A program made the translations under genes and the position numbers. 64,000 bases of DNA, taken from Alphaproteobacteria bacterium. GTDB taxonomy: Bacteria > Pseudomonadota > Alphaproteobacteria > MPNO01 > UBA830. The notes under the pieces are model-generated. The model ran no database searches. It was not told where the DNA came from and saw only the letters and a program-made list of their open reading frames with translations. The stretch is from contig OZ251539.1 of the NCBI GenBank assembly GCA_965243135.1, positions 2,080,001 through 2,144,000 on the forward strand, given 5' to 3'. Each line of letters opens with the position of its first letter. The stretch's first letter is position 1. Below are positions 58,451-64,000 of this stretch, piece after piece.

Positions 58451-58879
58451 CTATTCCGTCGCCTCGGCCGGCGGCTCCTTCCGGTGCTCGACGAAAGTCT
58501 CGAGCAGATCGAACTTGCCCTCGACGCGCGCCACGCGCTCGCTCAACGTCCGGAACTGCTCGTTCATCTGCCGGAATTGCTCGTTCATCTGATCGGTCAG
58601 CTGCCGGAACCGTTCGTTGGTCTCTTCGTTCTGTTGCCGGAACCGTTCGTTTATCTGATCGGTCAGCTGCCGGAACCGTTCGTTCGTCTGGTCGGTCAGC
58701 TGCCCGAGCTGGTCATCCGTCCGCCGGTCCCGTTCGTCCATGCGCAGGGCAAGGGCGTCGATCCGGCGGTCGAGCCGACGGCCCTGCTGAAGAACGAGCC
58801 TGATAACGGCAATGCCGCCGCCAAGCATGGTGGCGCCGACGCCGAGAATGGCGATGAGTTCGGAAGAGAACTGTTCCAT
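58451..58879 (-). CDS. Membrane-anchored coiled-coil repeat protein (CCDC90/DUF1640-like)
   Basis: N-terminal TM; repeats QLTDQTNERFR/QLTDQINERFR/QQNEETNERFR/QLTDQMNEQFR/QMNEQFR; ERVARVEG C-terminus. Confidence 0.75.
   Translation of the reverse strand: MEQFSSELIAILGVGATMLGGGIAVIRLVLQQGRRLDRRIDALALRMDERDRRTDDQLGQLTDQTNERFRQLTDQINERFRQQNEETNERFRQLTDQMNEQFRQMNEQFRTLSERVARVEGKFDLLETFVEHRKEPPAEATE
58550..58705. repeat. Intragenic 33-bp/21-bp tandem repeats
   Basis: Recurrent CCGGAAC(C/T)G(T/C)TCGTT...CTGATCGGTCAGCTG units. Confidence 0.85.
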
Positions 58880-58980
58880 TAGGTACCCCCGCGAATTCGG
58901 AAACACGAACGTATGCGAAACGTTCGCGCCGCGCAACTATCCTATCGGCCGCCGTTCGGTCGGCGGCGCGGCGCGAATTT

Positions 58981-59067
58981 CCGCGCCGCTTGCTGCGCCG
59001 AAGCCGGGGGAGGGCTGGACAAACTCCCCGGAACTCCGAACCGCGGCCGGCCCGCCGCGAGCGGACT
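58981..59067. repeat. ~90-bp imperfect direct repeat, copy 2
   Basis: Aligns with 58324-58416. Confidence 0.8.
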
Positions 59068-59096
59068 CGAAAGCCGCGACCGTCCGTTCCCTTACG

Positions 59097-60581
59097 CTAC
59101 CCGGCCGGCCGCCTGTCGGCACTATCGTGCAATCGCGACAATACTGCCGGCAGCGCCTCGCAGATGTCTTCGGCGACCAGCCCGGGACCGAACTCGCTCG
59201 CCGCCGCGCCGTGCAGCCAGGTTCCGGCGCAGGCGGCCTCGAACGGCGGCATGCCCTGCGCCAACAGACCGACAATCAGGCCAGCAAGCACGTCGCCGGA
59301 ACCTGCGGTAGCCAATGCGGGGGGAGCGTTCCGATTGATCGCGGCGCGACCGTCCGCCGCCGCTATCACGCTGTCGGCCCCCTTCAGCAGGATTACCGCG
59401 CCCGACAACTCAGCTGCCTTCCTCGCCCTCGACAACTTGTCGCCGCTCATGCTGAACAATCTCGGGAATTCCCCTTCATGAGGCGTAAGGACGCACGGAG
59501 CGCCCCTCAGAGCGCCGAACAAATCGTCCGGCGCCTCGCCGAAGACGGTCAGCGCGTCGGCGTCGAGAACCAGGCAACGGCCGCGGCTGGCGGCGGTCAG
59601 CGCCACATCGCGGGTCGTCCGGTTCACGCCGTTCCCGGGCCCGACGAGAACCGCGTTCTTTCGGCTGTCGTCGAGAATCGTTCCGAATTCCTCCGCCGTC
59701 GCGAACGGAAGAGTGAGAAGTCCCGGCGCATCCGCAGCGTAAGCGGGCAGGCTGTCGGGGCTGCTCGCCACGGTGACCAGGCCGGCCCCGACCCGCCGCG
59801 CCGCGCGGGCCGCCAGCCTGCCGGCCCCCGTCATCGCCGACCCGCCTGCGATCAATGCATGTCCTCGCGTGTATTTGTGATCCGCGAGACGCGGCCACCG
59901 AAAATCGTTCAACCAAAGCGGCGGCCGGTTCGCCGACGTCGCCGGCCGGATCGATCCGAGAACGCTTTCGGGAATGCCTATATCGGAAACGACAAGTTCG
60001 CCGGCATGGACGCGGCCCGGCAACAACAGATGGCCCGGTTTTGGACGAAAGAACGTGACGGTAAGATCCGCATGCGGCGCAGCGCCGAGAATCTGACCCG
60101 TATCTCCGTGCACTCCGCTCGGCACGTCGACCGCGACGCAAGGAACGGACGCCTCGTCGATCGCGCGGACAGCGGCCAACGCCGCCCCTTCGAGCGGACG
60201 CGCGAGTCCAGCTCCGAACAAGGCGTCGACGACGAGGCTGGCGCCGCCGAGCGGTTCGGCCTCGAGCGGAGCGGTCTCTCCTGACCAGCGGTCGGCGTTG
60301 ACGCGAGCGTCGCCCTTCAGCGAGTCGCGCGCTCCGAGCAGTCCGACTTTCACGGACCAACCCGCTTCCTGGAGAATTCGCGCGACGACGAATCCGTCGC
60401 CCCCGTTGTTGCCCGGACCGCAAAGAACCGCGACAGGGCGGCTCGCCCATCTGCGGGCGATCTCGTCCGCGACCGCGCGACCGGCCGCCTCCATCAGGCG
60501 CTCGCCCGAAATTCCCGAGTCGACGGCGAACCGGTCAGCCGCGTACATTTCCTGCACGGTCAGCAGTTCGCAACGGTCCAT
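59097..60581 (-). CDS. nnr: Bifunctional NAD(P)HX epimerase/dehydratase
   Basis: LMEAAG, GPGNNGGDG, DALFGAG, DVPSG, HKYTRG, DADAL, TPHEGEF, ATAGSGDVL. Confidence 0.95.
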   Translation of the reverse strand: MDRCELLTVQEMYAADRFAVDSGISGERLMEAAGRAVADEIARRWASRPVAVLCGPGNNGGDGFVVARILQEAGWSVKVGLLGARDSLKGDARVNADRWSGETAPLEAEPLGGASLVVDALFGAGLARPLEGAALAAVRAIDEASVPCVAVDVPSGVHGDTGQILGAAPHADLTVTFFRPKPGHLLLPGRVHAGELVVSDIGIPESVLGSIRPATSANRPPLWLNDFRWPRLADHKYTRGHALIAGGSAMTGAGRLAARAARRVGAGLVTVASSPDSLPAYAADAPGLLTLPFATAEEFGTILDDSRKNAVLVGPGNGVNRTTRDVALTAASRGRCLVLDADALTVFGEAPDDLFGALRGAPCVLTPHEGEFPRLFSMSGDKLSRARKAAELSGAVILLKGADSVIAAADGRAAINRNAPPALATAGSGDVLAGLIVGLLAQGMPPFEAACAGTWLHGAAASEFGPGLVAEDICEALPAVLSRLHDSADRRPAG

Positions 60582-60642
60582 CGCCGGCCTCGCCGCAGGC
60601 GCGAAACGATTCGCGAGGACATCGGCTTTCCGGGCGAGCGGT

Positions 60643-61317
60643 TCAGAAGGCGTTGAGAATTTCAACGATTTCCTCGACATGCATGACGTCCGCGTATTTG
60701 TGGTGCAGATCGAACAGATTGACCTTGTGGGACAGCGTCGAGCGATCGAAGACGCATTCCTCGGCTATCGTAACGTGATACCCGGAAGAATAGGCATCGA
60801 CGACGCTGGCGCGCACGCAACCCGACGTGCTTTCGCCGCACACGATCAGGCTGTCCGCGCCGCGCCGGTTAAGTTCGGGCAGCAGCGGCGTGCCGTAGAA
60901 CGCGCTTGCGCGCTCCTTGACGACAACAGCGTCCCCCTCTTCCGGCGCGAACGCCTCGAATATTTCGTAATCCCGCTCGTCGCGACCGAGTCCTGCTCGG
61001 CGGTTCGTCGCGACGACGGCGGAACCCGTCGGCGCGGTGGTGTAGAACACCGGCAGTCCTGCGGCCCGGGCCGCCGCGAACAACGCCTGCGTCGGCGCCA
61101 CCGCTTCCCAGGCGTAGCGTCCGCAACTGCTGGGAAACGCCTCGACAAGCTCGTGAGGCTCCCGTTCTCCGCCGCGATATACGAGGTTGTAGAGATCGAT
61201 CGCCAACAACGCAGGCCGGTTTCCCACCCGCACCTCGCGACGATACGGACGATAGACCTTCAGAATCTCGTCGGACACGACGTCTTTCCAGCAATGGTCC
61301 TCGAAACCGTCGAACAT
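60643..61317 (-). CDS. Isochorismatase-family cysteine hydrolase
   Basis: ALLAID, KERASAF, GESTSGCVRASVVDA. Confidence 0.9.
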   Translation of the reverse strand: MFDGFEDHCWKDVVSDEILKVYRPYRREVRVGNRPALLAIDLYNLVYRGGEREPHELVEAFPSSCGRYAWEAVAPTQALFAAARAAGLPVFYTTAPTGSAVVATNRRAGLGRDERDYEIFEAFAPEEGDAVVVKERASAFYGTPLLPELNRRGADSLIVCGESTSGCVRASVVDAYSSGYHVTIAEECVFDRSTLSHKVNLFDLHHKYADVMHVEEIVEILNAF

Positions 61318-61524
61318 CGCTTCTCTCCTTTTCCAGCCGCCGGGTCCGCAAGGGACGCCGGGACGCCAGGCGGCGACCCGCCTTCGCGACCATGGTATCT
61401 TTGAGGGAATTTTCCCGTTTCGGACCCGCCTCCGCAACGTCCCGCTTCAGGTGCGCTACATGTCGACACAACCGCTTTCCCCTGACGGATACCGTCGGCA
61501 TCCCGCCGCCCGCTCCCTGCGCGC

Positions 61525-62292
61525 GTGACGGAGACCTTGCGAACGCTCTCGCTGACGGCGCCGTCAGGCCTGCCGGAAATCCGGACGGGAGCGGACCTCG
61601 CCGCCATCCTCATAGCGGCGCTCGGCAGCGCGGGCGCTCAGCCCGCGGACGGCGACATATTCGTCGTCGCCCAGAAGGTGGTATCGAAATCCGAAGGGAG
61701 AACGGTTCGGCTCGACGACGTCCGTCCCGGCATCCGCGCTCTCGACCTCGCCCAACGGACGGGCAAGGACCCGAGGATCGCCGAACTGATCCTTCGAGAG
61801 GCGGACGAGCTCGTGAGGGTGCGCGACGGACTGATAATCGCCCGTCACAGGAACGGCTGCGTTCTGGCCAACGCGGGCATCGATCTGTCCAACGCCGGCG
61901 CGCCCGATACGGCGGTGCTGCTCCCCGAAGACCCGGATCGGAGCGCACGGGAGTTGCGCGCTCGCGTCGAACGCGAAACGGGACGTTCCGTCGGGGTGAT
62001 CGTCAACGACAGCATGGGCCGGGCGTGGCGGCTGGGAACGACCGGCACCGCCATCGGCGCGAGCGGGATCGGAAGCCTGATGGACCGCAGAGGCGAGGAC
62101 GACCGGGACGGCATGACCCTGCAATCCAGCGTCATCGCCGCCGCGGACGAGGTCGCCGCCGCCGCTTCTCTGCTCATGGGGCAAGGGAAGGAAAGCCTGC
62201 CTTTCGTCGTGGTTCGGGGCGCGACATGGCTTAGGGGGGACGGCAGCGCGAGCGATCTCGTTCGTCCGCTCGAACGCGACCTGTTCAGGTAA
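61525..62292 (+). CDS. cofE: Coenzyme F420-0:L-glutamate ligase
   Basis: QKVVSKSEGR, ANAGIDLSN, LPEDPD.SA, DSMGRAWR, RDLFR. Confidence 0.93.
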   Translation: MTETLRTLSLTAPSGLPEIRTGADLAAILIAALGSAGAQPADGDIFVVAQKVVSKSEGRTVRLDDVRPGIRALDLAQRTGKDPRIAELILREADELVRVRDGLIIARHRNGCVLANAGIDLSNAGAPDTAVLLPEDPDRSARELRARVERETGRSVGVIVNDSMGRAWRLGTTGTAIGASGIGSLMDRRGEDDRDGMTLQSSVIAAADEVAAAASLLMGQGKESLPFVVVRGATWLRGDGSASDLVRPLERDLFR

Positions 62293-62298
62293 CGCCCG

Positions 62299-63231
62299 AT
62301 GCATGTCGCGCTTGCGGGAGGGGTCGGCGGAGCCAAGCTGGCGTTGGGACTCGCCCGAATACTGCCCCCGGAAGATCTCCTCATCGTCGTAAACATCGGC
62401 GACGACTTCACCCATCTGGGGATGCGGATATGCCCCGATCTCGACACCGTCGCCTATACCCTTGCCGGCATAGCCAATCCGGAAACCGGATGGGGCGTCC
62501 GCGACGAAACATGGAAATTCATGGAACGGACCGCCGAGGCGGGCGGCGAAACATGGTTCCGGATAGGGGACCGCGATCTTGAAACCCATCGAACCCGAAC
62601 GGCGGCGCTCGCGGCGGGAGAATCGCTGTCGAGCGTGACCGATAATTTGCGGCGTTCTTTCGGAATACGTCATCGAATCGCGCCCGCGAGCGACGACGAA
62701 ATCCGCACGATCGTATTGAGCGAAGGCAAGAAGATTCCGTTCCAGGAGTACTTCGTTCGCCGCGCCTGCGAGCCGCCCGTTGCCGGGTTCGAGTTCGAAG
62801 GCGCGGAGATCGCGGCGCCTGCGCCCGCCGTGCTGGAAGCGCTTCCGACCGCGACGAGCCTCGTGATCTGTCCGTCTAATCCCTTCGTCAGCATCGGGCC
62901 GATCCTCGCGATCCCGGCCTTTCGCGCCATTCTTGAGGATCGATCCTTTCCGGCGGTCGCCGTGTCCCCCATCGTGGGATCGAGAGCCTTGAAGGGTCCG
63001 GCGGCGAAGATGATGCGGGAACTGGGCATGCCCGTGAGCGTCGCGGCGCTCGCGCGGCATTATCGAGGGCTGATCGACGGCCTGATCGTGGACGAAACCG
63101 ACCGCGCCGAGTCCGCCGAAATCGAGCGCATGGGACAAAGCGCGCTTGCGACGGATATCGTCATGAACACCGATGCGGACAAGGCGCGGGTCGCATCGCA
63201 AACGCTGGATTTCGCCAGCGGCCTCTCATGA
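62299..63231 (+). CDS. cofD: 2-phospho-L-lactate/PEP transferase (F420 biosynthesis)
   Basis: GGVGGAK, CPDLDTV, WFRIGDRD, PSNPFVSIGPIL, KGPAAKMM. Confidence 0.95.
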   Translation: MHVALAGGVGGAKLALGLARILPPEDLLIVVNIGDDFTHLGMRICPDLDTVAYTLAGIANPETGWGVRDETWKFMERTAEAGGETWFRIGDRDLETHRTRTAALAAGESLSSVTDNLRRSFGIRHRIAPASDDEIRTIVLSEGKKIPFQEYFVRRACEPPVAGFEFEGAEIAAPAPAVLEALPTATSLVICPSNPFVSIGPILAIPAFRAILEDRSFPAVAVSPIVGSRALKGPAAKMMRELGMPVSVAALARHYRGLIDGLIVDETDRAESAEIERMGQSALATDIVMNTDADKARVASQTLDFASGLS

Positions 63232-63806
63232 GTCGACGAACGAATCTGGTAATTCCGGTGAAGGGTTTCCGCAAGGGAAAGTCCCGGCTGTCTCCTCTCC
63301 TCGACGAAGCGGGCAGAGCCGCGCTGATGCGGCGGCTCACGATCCGCACCATCGAGCAGGCGCGAGCCGTAGTCGATCCGTCGGCGATCCATCTGGTGAG
63401 TCCCGACGACGAAGCGCTCGGCGTCGCCGAGTCGGCCGGCGTTCGCGCCGTTCGCCAGCGATCGTCCGGCCTGAACGCGGGGCTTCGGGACATCTGCCGA
63501 AAACTCGCGGCGATCCGCACGCTCGTTCTGCCAGCCGACTTGCCCCTCTTAACTGCCGAAGACATCCTGTTTCATTGTCGGGCGGAAGGAATCGGGATCT
63601 CGCCCGACGAGAACGAGATTGGAACGAACGCTCTCAGCCTCCCCTCGCCGAACGCGATTCCCTTTCGTTTCGGACGCAACAGCTTCGTTGCCCATATGAA
63701 ATTGGCGACCGAAGCCAGCGTCGACATCGTCGTAATCGACCGTCCCAACCTTCGGTTCGATCTCGACACTCCTGAAGATCTAAAGATGATGGAATCGTTT
63801 TCGTAA
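63228..63806 (+). CDS. cofC: 2-phospho-L-lactate/PEP guanylyltransferase
   Basis: IPVK...KSRLS, GLN, PADLPL, GTNAL, FRFG..SF..H, DLDTPEDL. Confidence 0.92.
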   Translation: MSRRTNLVIPVKGFRKGKSRLSPLLDEAGRAALMRRLTIRTIEQARAVVDPSAIHLVSPDDEALGVAESAGVRAVRQRSSGLNAGLRDICRKLAAIRTLVLPADLPLLTAEDILFHCRAEGIGISPDENEIGTNALSLPSPNAIPFRFGRNSFVAHMKLATEASVDIVVIDRPNLRFDLDTPEDLKMMESFS

Positions 63807-64000
63807 CGCATAAGATCGCAAAGCGAAATTTCCCTTGTAGTTCCGACAGAATATCTGCAAACAATGCCAAAATTCCTGCCGGTTCTCCGATATTTTACGA
63901 CGCAACTAATTCGTAGACGATGACGGAAACCCGCTGAGTGAAATCTCTATAGAGACGCTCTCACGATCACTTTTTTTGGGAAAGAAAGCGCGATCCGCTT

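Noticed and set aside
58550-58705. 33-bp repeats as a possible CRISPR array
   Set aside because: No unique spacers, the repeats are in-frame coding units, and there are no cas genes.

Overview
GC-rich bacterial chromosomal segment, most consistent with an alphaproteobacterium (NDUFS4-like ETC subunit gene, nudF-sseA-metC-cobW block, TRAP systems). A host-associated or sponge-symbiont lifestyle is plausible but is inference only. Most of the window is housekeeping and heteroaromatic/aromatic catabolism: modABC, MoxR/vWA, two TRAP transporters, one NitT/TauT ABC transporter, five amidohydrolases, a gentisate-type cupin, 3-hydroxyanthranilate dioxygenase with RidA, nnr, and an F420 cofE-cofD-cofC operon. 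It also has two tRNA genes, Asn(GTT) and Arg(TCT). Accessory material is interspersed. (1) An island after tRNA-Asn carries an orphan HicB-like gene and a Type ISP restriction-modification gene frameshifted exactly at a C21 homopolymer (candidate phase variation). (2) An unannotated ~200-220 bp structured repeat occurs in three diverged copies, two of them inverted around a pentapeptide-repeat gene and one next to the Type ISP gene. (3) A Schlafen/AlbA-HATPase gene is paired with a ParA-like gene. (4) A DUF4338(DruA)-IS4 transposase fusion is intact but has lost catalytic residues; it sits beside a coiled-coil gene bracketed by ~90 bp direct repeats. (5) There are decayed MFS and aldo-keto reductase remnants. 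All calls are by eye from motifs; no database searches were run.
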